In this document: one piece after another, positions 8,813 through 18,428 of the stretch
How positions within the stretch are numbered: the first letter of the stretch is position 1
Layout: each line of letters opens with the position of its first letter
Assembly (NCBI GenBank): GCA_965248705.1
Contig: CBDFJY010000002.1
Span: forward strand, 919,095-983,094
Direction of reading: 5' to 3'
DNA: 64,000 bases
DNA from: Acidimicrobiia bacterium
GTDB taxonomy: Bacteria; Actinomycetota; Acidimicrobiia; Spongiisociales; ZC4RG35
Program-made: the position numbers and the translations under genes
Notes under the pieces: generated by a model
What the model was told of the DNA's origin: nothing
Databases searched by the model: none
Seen by the model: only the letters and a program-made list of their open reading frames with translations

Positions 8813-9763
8813 GTGACCACCACGGACACCGATGTTCTTGATGTGAGAGCGGCGGCGCACCGCGCCAGACGGCGAAGCAAGATTGCCTATTTCATCTATC
8901 TGACAGTCGGGTTAATTCTCTTTCTGCTGATTTGGCAGTTGATCGCCTCGCCCTTCTCGCCCCTTTTCTATCTCATACCGCCGCCCCTCGATGCCGTCAG
9001 GCATTTCGGGGAGAACCTGTTCTTCAGTCAGAGGATGTTGGAGCGGTATGTTCATGCTTGTCCGGATCTGTTGGATGAGTTGGAGTTGACGGGGGGAAGG
9101 ATGTTCGATCTTCCCGATTACTGTTTTGGGTATGTCCTGCATTTGGTGCGGACCACCCGCAATATCATGATTGCGGTTACGCTGGGGACGGTGTTCGGTT
9201 TGTCGGTGGGGCTGAGCAGTCTGGTGTTCCCGAAGATCGCGGATGTGGTGACACCGATCGCCGGTTTTTTCGGGACTACCCCGATTTTCATAGCGGCGCC
9301 TTTTTTTGTGATCTGGTTCGGGATCGAGTATCCCCTGATGACCACCGTGGGGGTGGTTGTCTTTTACACCACCCTCCTCATGTATTTCTTCAGCCGCCGG
9401 GCGGCGGACAACATACCGGTGGGTGTTATAGAATCAGCTCTTACTCTGGGAGGAGACCGCCGCACTATTTTCCGGTGGGTGTATTTGCCGGGGACGATAC
9501 CCGAGATCGCGGGCGGTTTTCGTATCGCATTGGCCGGCGCTTGGGGGCTGGGTACGTTGGTGGAGGTGCTGGGACCCCAGATGGGAGGAGGGTTTCTTAT
9601 TCGTATGTGGAGCTTCGCCATGGGCCTTGTGGAGGGGCCGTCCGCGGTGGTCTCTCTGATTCTTTTCTTCGGTGTGTTGGCTGTGGTAGTCGACGGTATC
9701 CTGGTGCTGTTTATCCGTTTCATCACCAAGTGGTCCGAGGCCGGTCGCCGGCTGGGTTTGTAG
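8813..9763 (+). CDS. ABC transporter permease 1, copy 2
   Basis: ~95% identical to 2812..3762. Confidence 0.75.
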   Translation: MTTTDTDVLDVRAAAHRARRRSKIAYFIYLTVGLILFLLIWQLIASPFSPLFYLIPPPLDAVRHFGENLFFSQRMLERYVHACPDLLDELELTGGRMFDLPDYCFGYVLHLVRTTRNIMIAVTLGTVFGLSVGLSSLVFPKIADVVTPIAGFFGTTPIFIAAPFFVIWFGIEYPLMTTVGVVVFYTTLLMYFFSRRAADNIPVGVIESALTLGGDRRTIFRWVYLPGTIPEIAGGFRIALAGAWGLGTLVEVLGPQMGGGFLIRMWSFAMGLVEGPSAVVSLILFFGVLAVVVDGILVLFIRFITKWSEAGRRLGL

Positions 9764-9776
9764 GCAAGGAGGAACC

Positions 9777-10553
9777 ATGTCAACTGTTGTGAACTTTGAG
9801 AACCTGTGGTGTGTATTCGAGCACCGATCCGGGCAATTGGTGCATGCCCTTGAAGACGTCACTTTCCAGGTCGATCCCGGGGAGTTTGTGTGCGTGGTGG
9901 GGAGGTCCGGGCATGGTAAGACCACCCTGCTGAGGGTGTTGGCCGGGCTTCAGCCTCCCACCGCCGGCTATGCCAAGCTGGGCGACACCGCGGTGACGGG
10001 GCCGGGTAGCGACCGGGCCATGGTTTTTCAGCAGGACACGGTGTTCCCCTGGTTGCATGTCCGCGAGAATGTTGAGTTTGGCCTCAGGGCCAACAAGGTT
10101 CCGGATAAGGAGCGGAACGAGATCGCCGATTACTGGTTGGAGGCGGTGGGATTGGAGGATTTCGCCGACTCTTGGCCGCGGGAGCTTTCTGGGGGTATGA
10201 GAAAGCGGGTGGCCTTGGCGGCGGCGATGGCGGTGGGCTCGGATGTTGTCCTTATGGATGAGCCTTTTGGGTCTGTTGATTATTTCACGCGCCGCAATCT
10301 TCATGAGGTTCTTTTGAACCTGTGGTTTGAGACCCGCAAGACCATCTTTTTTGTCACCCATGACATTGAGGAGGCGCTGATTCTTGCTGACCGGGTGATC
10401 CTCTTGGCCGAGGGCAAGCTGGTGGACGATATCGCGGTTTCTCTCCCTCGTCCTCGTAACGAGGATGTCCGGGCTACCCCCGAGGCGGTGAGTGTGTTCA
10501 AGCTGATCCTCGCGCATCTGGGCATCACCGAAGAGGAGGCGACGAAGGCTTGA
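9777..10553 (+). CDS. ABC transporter ATP-binding protein, copy 2 (identical to copy 1)
   Basis: Protein and nucleotide sequence identical to 3776..4552. Confidence 0.9.
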   Translation: MSTVVNFENLWCVFEHRSGQLVHALEDVTFQVDPGEFVCVVGRSGHGKTTLLRVLAGLQPPTAGYAKLGDTAVTGPGSDRAMVFQQDTVFPWLHVRENVEFGLRANKVPDKERNEIADYWLEAVGLEDFADSWPRELSGGMRKRVALAAAMAVGSDVVLMDEPFGSVDYFTRRNLHEVLLNLWFETRKTIFFVTHDIEEALILADRVILLAEGKLVDDIAVSLPRPRNEDVRATPEAVSVFKLILAHLGITEEEATKA

Positions 10554-11770
10554 ACCAGCCTGCCCGCTTCCGAAGCCTTTATTGGATTGGAGGGCTGATC
10601 TGGGCTGTCTTTCTGGCTCCTTGGTTGCTCGTTCAACTGCCTGAAAGTCTTCCCCTCGTTACCTGGACATATATCGATGGCGTGATCGTCGTGACGTGGT
10701 CGCTCATCCTTTCTTGGCTGGTTTTCTTGCTGGTCTGGCCGGTTGTGTTCCGCCCGAGTGGGGTCAAGAACCGCCTGGTCAAGATGGGACAGGGGATAGC
10801 GGCGGGGCCGCCCCTGCTGTTGGCCGGTATGCGCCGCAGCCCGCTCTTCTTCGTCTCCTGGGCGGTGTTGCTGGTAGCGTGGCAACTGGCGTCTTACCTG
10901 GCGCCTCCGGGAGCCCTCGAGCACCCCCTGGTCCCCGGATGGGACTACGTGTTCGGCGACACCTTCTTCAGAATGTCCGGAGACTGGAGCGTCCGCGGGT
11001 TTGACCTGGAGTTTGTGGTCCTCGATGTCGTGGAACTGGCACCCCTTCCCATCTATGGCGGGGAGGCGACTTGGCCGGCTGTGTTCCTCGCCATCGCTTT
11101 CCACTCCGGCACGACCCTTTTCAGGCTGTTGTGTGGCATGGCGGTCGGTATGAGCCTCGGTCTCCTGACCGGTCTGGCCATTCCCTATTGGCCGCCGCTG
11201 CGCAAGTCCGCTTGGGCGCCTATGAACTTTCTGCGGATGATCCCCCTCCTGGCGGCGATACCCTGGTTGCAGTTTGCCGTGGGCTCCACCCTGTTTGGTA
11301 TCACCATCTATATTGGATTCGGGGTGTGGACGACGATGGTGGTGGCCACCATGAACTCGGTGGCCAACGTACCTGACCGGTACATCGAAAGCGCCCGTAC
11401 CCTGGGCGCGTCCCGGCCGTGGACCTATTACAAGGTGATAGTGCCGGGATCGATTCCCGAGTTGCGCACCGCCATGTTGCTCTCCATGGGAGGGAGCTGG
11501 TCGCTGGCCATTGCCGCCGAGTTCCTGGGTTTCCCCACCGGGCTCGGGTACATGGCCAACGTGGCGGTGCAGGAAACCAACACCGCCCGGCTGGTGATAG
11601 TGGCGTTTATCGTGGCTTTTTATTCTCTCGCCACCTTCTTCTTGCTCAACGAGGGATTCAAAAAGGCCGTTAGTTGGATGCCACAGCGCACCACCGGCAC
11701 GACGGATATCAGCAAGGTGGCCGGGGCGGCAGGAGCGGCGGGTCGCGCGGAAACCCTCGAGGGCGGATAA
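10550..11770 (+). CDS. ABC transporter permease 2, copy 2
   Basis: Paralogue of 4549..5772; same architecture. Confidence 0.75.
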   Translation: MNQPARFRSLYWIGGLIWAVFLAPWLLVQLPESLPLVTWTYIDGVIVVTWSLILSWLVFLLVWPVVFRPSGVKNRLVKMGQGIAAGPPLLLAGMRRSPLFFVSWAVLLVAWQLASYLAPPGALEHPLVPGWDYVFGDTFFRMSGDWSVRGFDLEFVVLDVVELAPLPIYGGEATWPAVFLAIAFHSGTTLFRLLCGMAVGMSLGLLTGLAIPYWPPLRKSAWAPMNFLRMIPLLAAIPWLQFAVGSTLFGITIYIGFGVWTTMVVATMNSVANVPDRYIESARTLGASRPWTYYKVIVPGSIPELRTAMLLSMGGSWSLAIAAEFLGFPTGLGYMANVAVQETNTARLVIVAFIVAFYSLATFFLLNEGFKKAVSWMPQRTTGTTDISKVAGAAGAAGRAETLEGG

Positions 11771-11858
11771 GGCCCGCGCCGCGGAATAACGTCCGCGACA
11801 GGTGCCGCGTCGGGATTGACCATCCTGGGTTCTTTCCGTATAAGAAGCTGTCAACCAG

Positions 11859-12761
11859 TTGCTGACCGGCATCATCTTCGGGTTTATCACCGCGGTGACG
11901 CTGGGCATCAACCAGCTGCTCACTGCAGTGGTGGCCCGGCGCTTCGGCGTGCTGCGCTCCACTGCCATCACTGTGACCCTTGCCCTCTTGGTGATGGTCG
12001 CCTGGGCAATCATCATTCAGGTGCCGCTCGAGATCACCGCCGACCATGTGATCCTCTTGGTCCTGTTGGGTTCCTGTGTCGGCGGGACCTTTCTGTGTGG
12101 GTACACGGCTCTCCGACTCGGTCCGATCTCGGTGGTGAGCCCGATCGGCGCTCTGGGAGGCGCCATGACAGTGGTTTACTCGTTCTGGTTGTTGGGGGAA
12201 AGACCCGGCGCGGTGCAGTGGGCGGGAATACCGGTCGCGGTACTGGGAGCAGTGTTGGCATCCCTGGTGATCGAACGCGGGACCAAGATTCGACTGGTCA
12301 CTTTGGGGCCGGTCTTCGCCTTGATCGGCGTCCTGGTCGGGTCGATCTCCAACGCCGGCCTGAAGATCCCCATCAGGGATGGGGTGGATTCTAACCTCAC
12401 CGTCATCACCCAACGGGTCTTCACGGTGGCTGTCGTTCTTTTGGTGTTGGTAATTGTCCCCAGGGTGACAGAACGTCGACGAAGAAGAGACGCCCGGCAC
12501 GGGGGGAGAGATCCGGTGAAGATCACCTGGAGGACAGGATGGCTGCTGGGCTTGGTGGGATTGATCGACGCCGTCTCCTTCATATCATTCGGATACGGCC
12601 TGGCGTACGCACCGGCCTGGCTAATCGGAATTATCTCCCAAAGCGGACGGGTAATAGCCGTGATCGGCGGGGTGATGTTCTTCAACGAACGACTCCACCA
12701 ACTGCAATGGACAGGCGTAGCCTTGGTAATGGTCGGGGTGGCAATGTCCATCGCCGGCTAG
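11859..12761 (+). CDS. EamA/DMT transporter, copy 2
   Basis: Paralogue of 5860..6756, TTG start. Confidence 0.65.
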   Translation: MLTGIIFGFITAVTLGINQLLTAVVARRFGVLRSTAITVTLALLVMVAWAIIIQVPLEITADHVILLVLLGSCVGGTFLCGYTALRLGPISVVSPIGALGGAMTVVYSFWLLGERPGAVQWAGIPVAVLGAVLASLVIERGTKIRLVTLGPVFALIGVLVGSISNAGLKIPIRDGVDSNLTVITQRVFTVAVVLLVLVIVPRVTERRRRRDARHGGRDPVKITWRTGWLLGLVGLIDAVSFISFGYGLAYAPAWLIGIISQSGRVIAVIGGVMFFNERLHQLQWTGVALVMVGVAMSIAG

Positions 12762-12997
12762 CACCGCGGCCCGAGGAGGTACTCGTTGAGGGATTCAAGA
12801 AGGTCGTTGGTCGGATGCCACAATGCACGGGAAAGTGAACAGATGTCAGCAGGGTGGCCGGGGCGGAAGGAGCAGGAGGCCGCGGTGAAACTCTCGACGA
12901 CGGATAGGGCTTCGGACGCGGAATCGGCGTTCGCGGTCGAGCGGCCAATCGGGATTGGTCAGCCTGGCTTTTCCCTGTATGTGAAGCTGTCAACCAG

Positions 12998-13903
12998 GTG
13001 TTGACCGGCATCATCTTCGGGTTTATCACCGCGGTGACGCTGGGGATCAACCGCCTGCTCACTGCTGTGGTGGTACGGCGTTTCGGCGTGCTGCGCTCTG
13101 TCTCCGTCACTGTGACTCTGGCTTGCTTTTTGATGATGGCCTGGGCGGCGCTGATCGGTGTGCGAGTCGAGATGAATGCCGACCACCTGATCCTCCTGGT
13201 CCTGTTGGGCTCCTGTGTCGGCGGGGCCTTTCTGTGCGGTTACATGGCTCTCCGGGTCGGTCCGATCTCGGTGGTGAGTCCGATCGGCGCTCTGGGAGGC
13301 GCCATGACGGTGGTCTACTCCTTTTGGCTGCTGGGAGAGAGACCCGGCGCGGTGCAGTGGGCGGGAATACCGGTCGCGGTACTGGGAGCGGTGTTGGCGT
13401 CCCTGGTTATCCAGCGGGGGACCAAGATTCGACTGGTCACTTTGGGGCCGGTCTTTGCCTTGACCGGCGTGCTGGTGGGATCGATCTCCAACGCCGGCCT
13501 GAAGATCCCCATAAGGGATGGGGTGGATTCCAACCTCACCGTCATCACCCAACGGGTCTTCACGGTGGCTGTCGTCCTCTTGGTGTTTGTGATCTTCTCC
13601 CGGGTGATAGAACAACGACGACGAAGGGGAGATCCCCGGTACGAGGGGAGCCACCCGGTGAAGATCACCTGGCGGACGGGATGGCTGCTGGGTTTGGTGG
13701 GACTGATCGACGGCGCCTCCTTCATATCCTTCGGATATGCTCTGGCGCATGCACCTGCTTGGCTGATCTCGGTTATCTCCCAAACCGGACGGGTTATAGC
13801 CGTGATCGGCGGGGTGATGTTCTTCAACGAACGACTCCACAGCCTGCAGTGGACAGGCGTAGCTCTAATAAGCGTTGGAGTGGTGATGTCCATCGTCGGT
13901 TAG
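12998..13903 (+). CDS. EamA/DMT transporter, extra tandem copy (2b)
   Basis: Paralogue of 11859..12761. Preceded by a degenerate copy of the permease-2 3' tail. Confidence 0.65.
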   Translation: MLTGIIFGFITAVTLGINRLLTAVVVRRFGVLRSVSVTVTLACFLMMAWAALIGVRVEMNADHLILLVLLGSCVGGAFLCGYMALRVGPISVVSPIGALGGAMTVVYSFWLLGERPGAVQWAGIPVAVLGAVLASLVIQRGTKIRLVTLGPVFALTGVLVGSISNAGLKIPIRDGVDSNLTVITQRVFTVAVVLLVFVIFSRVIEQRRRRGDPRYEGSHPVKITWRTGWLLGLVGLIDGASFISFGYALAHAPAWLISVISQTGRVIAVIGGVMFFNERLHSLQWTGVALISVGVVMSIVG

Positions 13904-13931
13904 CACTGCCGCTAGCCGTTGGTTATGAAGA

Positions 13932-14140
13932 GCTGTGAAAGAAATCGTGGGTGGAGGATTGATTCTTGTCCCACGGGGGTTCACATTGAGATGTACCAAA
14001 CACCGAGACGGTCTGTCTTGGCATCGTTCGGACTTCGTCAAGGGATCAAACTGACCTCTTGCACGCCCTGTTCCGGGCTGGGCGGACGCGTGTTCGAACC
14101 GTGGCAAGGTGGTAGCGGGTCACTGCCGCTAGGCAGTGGG
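13932..14140. repeat. Conserved ~200-nt non-coding element, copy A (candidate structured RNA or miniature repeat element)
   Basis: ~75-80% nucleotide identity to 19354..19560 and 22451..22640. Internal hairpins with apparent compensatory substitutions. Terminal CACTGCC-GCTA-GGCAGTG hairpin. Confidence 0.5.
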
Positions 14141-14245
14141 CTTGCCTGAGGGCCCGGCAGGGAAGTGGTTTTTGCGCCTTTCCGCGGTGATTGGCAACAG
14201 AACCCGCCTCCGTGGGCTGGGGCCAGAGCTGGGTGGAGTCGGTGC

Positions 14246-15085
14246 TCAGTTCTCGGGGAAGGTGTACTGGAATACCCCGCCGGTGCGGATCATCTCGGCA
14301 GCGATGGCGTCGGCGTGGTCGATGAATCGGCGGAGCATGGCGTTGATTTGGTCCGGCACGTCTTGGAGTGCGCGATGTCCGGCGCCGACCGGTCTGCCGA
14401 TCACCACTTGGGGGCACAGCTCGCGGAGCAGGTCCAAGTCGAGGCGGGGTTGGCCGCAGTCAATGTACAGATACGGGCATTTCACTCCGGCCAGCACCGG
14501 CGCGGGATCGAAGCTGCTCATTCCATGCCAGCCGTTGAGGATCACGTGGTCGGGAACTTGCGCGAGCCGCGCGGCCATGGTTCCTACCCGGGAGGGGTCG
14601 TCGGTGGGCAGATAGGAGGCGCGAAGAAATCCGCGCAATGTCTCCCGGAAGGGGAGATCCTTTTGCATGAGGTGATCGAAGGGTCCGTGATGGTACTTCT
14701 GCCATCCGGGGATGTTGCTGGGCGAGTCGAGGCTGGCGATGGCGCTCACCAGTTCGGGATGGCGGGCGGCGGCCGAGATGATCACCTGTCCTCCCATGCT
14801 CTGGCCCACCAGCACGGGCCGATTCAGTTCCAGTTGGCGGATGAGTTCGGCCACGTCATCGCCGTGTTGGGCCATGGTGTAGGTCTCATCGGGCTTGTCG
14901 CTTTCCCCGTGGCCGCGCAGATCGACCGCCACGCACCGGTGATTGGGGGAGAAGTACTCCTCCTGGAAGCCGAAGCCTTCCCGATTGCCGAAGCCCCCGT
15001 GGATGAAAATGATGGCCGGATCGCCGGAGCCTAATTCGTGGTACGCAATGCGGTCGCCGTCGGGGGTAGTAATCCATTCAGTCAT
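14246..15085 (-). CDS. Alpha/beta-fold hydrolase, paralogue 1
   Basis: HG oxyanion motif IFIHGGFG, nucleophile elbow GQSMGG, C-terminal catalytic His in GAGH; 279 aa. Confidence 0.8.
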   Translation of the reverse strand: MTEWITTPDGDRIAYHELGSGDPAIIFIHGGFGNREGFGFQEEYFSPNHRCVAVDLRGHGESDKPDETYTMAQHGDDVAELIRQLELNRPVLVGQSMGGQVIISAAARHPELVSAIASLDSPSNIPGWQKYHHGPFDHLMQKDLPFRETLRGFLRASYLPTDDPSRVGTMAARLAQVPDHVILNGWHGMSSFDPAPVLAGVKCPYLYIDCGQPRLDLDLLRELCPQVVIGRPVGAGHRALQDVPDQINAMLRRFIDHADAIAAEMIRTGGVFQYTFPEN

Positions 15086-15388
15086 GGGACCCAGCCTAGT
15101 TTGTCCTATTTCTGGGTTGTAGCGACACTCGGGTCAATACCGGGTTAGTGGGGTTCGGCGGTGCATCCTGTTGCTTGATCACCACGTCGAGCAGAAAGGA
15201 AGCACCGCCGTGGGTAATGATGATGCCTTGTATCGCTTTAGGTTGGGGGTATTTGCTCTAGCAGAAGAGTTGGGAATCGTGCGTGTGCTGCATAACCGAA
15301 TGATGGGAATCCATCATTCTACGTTCATCGCTGGGCTTGAGTATATTTTGGAGCGTCAAGGTCGGCTGAATTGCTGGCTTAGCCGCTT

Positions 15389-17002
15389 TTGGTCGACAGC
15401 CGTTGGCCCGACGAGCAAGCGAGCGGAAGGAAAGCGCAAACGAGGAAATTCATATCAGCTATTTCTCTGGTGGCTATCTTGGCGTTGTTGGCTGCGGCCT
15501 GCGGCGACGGCGCGGCGGATACGGCTGCTGCGGACGCGGCTGTTGCTCAGGCCGAAGCCGCTGAGGCTGAGGCTGCTGCCAAGGAAGCCGACGAGGCCCA
15601 GAAGGCTCTGGAAGGGTCGATGATGGTGGAGGCCCCCGAGATTCGGGAAGCCGAGGTTGCGATGGGTTTCAACGCCTGTTGTGCCGATATGGCTTTTTGG
15701 CAGATTCCCGTCGAGTTGGGCTGGTGGGATGATTTGAATATCACCATCGTTCCCAATTCGTCCACCTATTACTATTTCGCCGCCGGCGCCGAGGCCATCG
15801 CCTGGTTGCGGAGCGGTGAAGGCGCCGTGGCCCCTGGGTGGGTGCCGGGACTGTTCGGGTCGTTGGAGACCTTTGCTCAGGAAGTCCCGCCGATTTTCTT
15901 CGCGGACATCTATGTCGGCTATGCGGTCCTGGTTGCGCCGGATAGTCCCTCCAAGACTGTGCTTGAGTTCGTGGAGGAAGGGATGTCTTTCCCGGAAGCC
16001 GCCTTGGCGGCCGTCCAGCAGTTGGTAGGGGCGGATATTTACATTTCGCCCAGCACCCAGCAGGCTCAGTACATGGATGCGTTCTTCGCTTATCTGCCCG
16101 AGTGGTGGGAGGCTTATCAGGAGGACATTCCCGCTTTGGACGAGGATGGCAACCCTCTGGTGTTGTTGGGCCGCGACGGCGAGCCACTTCTGGACGAGGA
16201 CGGCAGCGTTCAGCCGATTCGGATCACGACCAACGACTGGCGTAACTATGCCAACCCGCAGTACGTCCATGACCCCACGATCCTGGCGCTTTCGGCTGTT
16301 CCGGGCCGGATCGAGTACGCCATGCCTTATAGCGCTCCGACCCTGGTGCAGATGATGCGCAACGGTTGGGATCCGCTGATCAACTTCGGGATGATGTTCG
16401 AGAATGATCCGGTCTCCCAGCAGACGGCGATCGCCAACTCCACTGTCGGCGGTATAGGCCTGCTAGCGAACCGCGAATGGGTCAATAACAACAAGGACCT
16501 GGCCTACAGGGTTCTCTCTGCCGCCTATCGTACCTTTGAGTTCCTCGATGATCCTGAGACCCAGTACCAGGGGTGGGAGATCGAGGCCAATCTCATCAAC
16601 GAGAAGCGCCAGTTGAGCATGGAGCCTGAGGACATCGGGATCATCTGGTCGACCATCGATCCCTCCTTTAACTGGGAGGAGCAGGCGGCGCTGTGGGACT
16701 TGAACCTCCCGAGCTACCACCCCGAGATAGTGTTCGTCACTCAGATCGAGAAGCTGAAGGCCAAGGGGGTGTTGTCCGAGGACTATGACACGCAGGCCGG
16801 GCTGAAAGAGTTCTTGTTGGCCCAGGACCTCTACTATGAGATGAAGGAATTCGAGACGCGCTCCGACGCACTATTCGAGAGAGCTTCGGGAAGAGATCTT
16901 TCCCCGGCCCAGGCCGCTTTAATCGCCCAGGCGCAGTTCCACTATGACATCTATAACTTCTACGACGCTCTCCGCTTCTTGGAGGCTGCCCTTATCGGGT
17001 AG
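15389..17002 (+). CDS. Substrate-binding lipoprotein of ABC cassette 3
   Basis: Paralogue of copy 1. The ancestral ATG is mutated to ACG, so an upstream ATG at 15389 gives a longer signal n-region. Shorter low-complexity linker. Confidence 0.5.
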   Translation: MVDSRWPDEQASGRKAQTRKFISAISLVAILALLAAACGDGAADTAAADAAVAQAEAAEAEAAAKEADEAQKALEGSMMVEAPEIREAEVAMGFNACCADMAFWQIPVELGWWDDLNITIVPNSSTYYYFAAGAEAIAWLRSGEGAVAPGWVPGLFGSLETFAQEVPPIFFADIYVGYAVLVAPDSPSKTVLEFVEEGMSFPEAALAAVQQLVGADIYISPSTQQAQYMDAFFAYLPEWWEAYQEDIPALDEDGNPLVLLGRDGEPLLDEDGSVQPIRITTNDWRNYANPQYVHDPTILALSAVPGRIEYAMPYSAPTLVQMMRNGWDPLINFGMMFENDPVSQQTAIANSTVGGIGLLANREWVNNNKDLAYRVLSAAYRTFEFLDDPETQYQGWEIEANLINEKRQLSMEPEDIGIIWSTIDPSFNWEEQAALWDLNLPSYHPEIVFVTQIEKLKAKGVLSEDYDTQAGLKEFLLAQDLYYEMKEFETRSDALFERASGRDLSPAQAALIAQAQFHYDIYNFYDALRFLEAALIG

Positions 17003-17135
17003 GCTTCCGGTTCGATTGCCTAGTGGCAAAAAAAAGCGCCGCTCCGGCCTGTAAGCAGGACTGCGAGGAAGAGAGAGCGGCGGCGCATCGCCAGAAACGG
17101 CGCCGCCAAATCACCGAGGAGGAGGCGACGAAAGC

Positions 17136-18353
17136 TTGAACCAACCAGCCCTCTTCCGACGTCTGTTCTGGGTTGGGTGGCTGATCTGGGCTGTCCTGAT
17201 TCCGTGGTTGCTTATTCAGTTGCCGGAAAGCCTTCCTTTCGTTACCTGGACGCATGGTGAGGGTGTGATCAACGTCACGTGGTCTTATATCGTTTCCGGG
17301 TTGGTGTTGTTCTGGGCTTGGCCGGTTGTGTTCCGCACGACCCGGTTCAAGGACCGTCTGGTCAGGGCGGGGCGGGGGATAGCGGCGGGGCCGCCGATGC
17401 TGTGGGCTGGTATGCGCCGTAGCCCGCTCTTCTTCGTCTCTTGGGTGGTGTTGCTGGTGGCGTGGCAGGTGGCGTCTTATGTTGCGCCTCCGGGAATTCT
17501 CGAGCATCCCCTGGTTCCCGGATGGGACTACGTGTTCGGTGACACCTTCTTCGGATTGTCCGGGTACTGGACCGTCCGCGTGTTGGACCTTGGGTTCGCG
17601 ACCTTCCATCTCGACGGACTGGCGCCGCTTCCCATCTATGGTGGGGAGGAGACCTGGCCGGCCGTGTTCCTCGCAATCGCTTATCACTCCGGTACGACCC
17701 TTTTCAGGCTGTTGTGTGGCATGGTGGTCGGCGTGACGCTCGGTCTCCTGACCGGTCTGGGCCTTCCCTACTGGCCGGCGGTGCGCCAGACCGCGTGGGC
17801 GCCCATGAACTTCCTGCGGATGATCCCCCTCCTAGTGGCGATTCCCTGGTTGCAGTTCGCCGTGGGCTCCAGCCTCACTGGTATCACCCTCTATATCGCC
17901 TTCGGGGTGTGGACGACGCTGGTGGTGGCCACCATGAATGCGGTAGCCAACGTGCCCGACCGGTACATCGAAAGCGCCCGTACCCTGGGCGCCTCCCGGC
18001 CGCGCACCTATTTCAAAGTGATAGTGCCGGGGTCGATTCCAGAACTGCGCACCGCCATGCTGCTCGCCATGGGAGGGAGCTGGTCGCTGGCGATCGCCGC
18101 CGAGTTCCTGGGTTTCTCCGCCGGGCTGGGGTACATGGCCAACGGGGCGGTGCAGGAAACCAACACCGCCCGGCTGTTGATAGTGGCGTTCATCGTGGCT
18201 CTTTATTCTCTCACGACTTTCTTCTTGCTCAACGAGGGATTCAAAAAGGCCGTTAGCTGGATGCCCCAGCGTACCACCAGGGGGCCGGACATCGCTAAGG
18301 TGGCCGGGGCGGCAGGAGCGGCAGGCCCCGTCGAAACCCTGGAAGACAGATAG
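17136..18353 (+). CDS. ABC transporter permease 2, copy 3
   Basis: Paralogue of 4549..5772. Permease 1 and the ATPase are missing upstream. Confidence 0.7.
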   Translation: MNQPALFRRLFWVGWLIWAVLIPWLLIQLPESLPFVTWTHGEGVINVTWSYIVSGLVLFWAWPVVFRTTRFKDRLVRAGRGIAAGPPMLWAGMRRSPLFFVSWVVLLVAWQVASYVAPPGILEHPLVPGWDYVFGDTFFGLSGYWTVRVLDLGFATFHLDGLAPLPIYGGEETWPAVFLAIAYHSGTTLFRLLCGMVVGVTLGLLTGLGLPYWPAVRQTAWAPMNFLRMIPLLVAIPWLQFAVGSSLTGITLYIAFGVWTTLVVATMNAVANVPDRYIESARTLGASRPRTYFKVIVPGSIPELRTAMLLAMGGSWSLAIAAEFLGFSAGLGYMANGAVQETNTARLLIVAFIVALYSLTTFFLLNEGFKKAVSWMPQRTTRGPDIAKVAGAAGAAGPVETLEDR

Positions 18354-18428
18354 GACCCGCTTGCAGTTGGGCGGTGCGTCGGGACCTAGGCGCCATGGCC
18401 TCTTTCCGTTTATGAAGCTGTCCACGGG

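Noticed and set aside
13919-14149. Possible small protein encoded by the conserved intergenic element (aa block ...SQTPRRSA.ASFGPRRGIK conserved in three copies)
   Set aside because: The conservation is at the nucleotide level. Copy B has a stop right after GIK. Indels between copies are not multiples of three (40 versus 41 nt). Substitutions pair up in hairpins. An RNA or repeat element is the better explanation.
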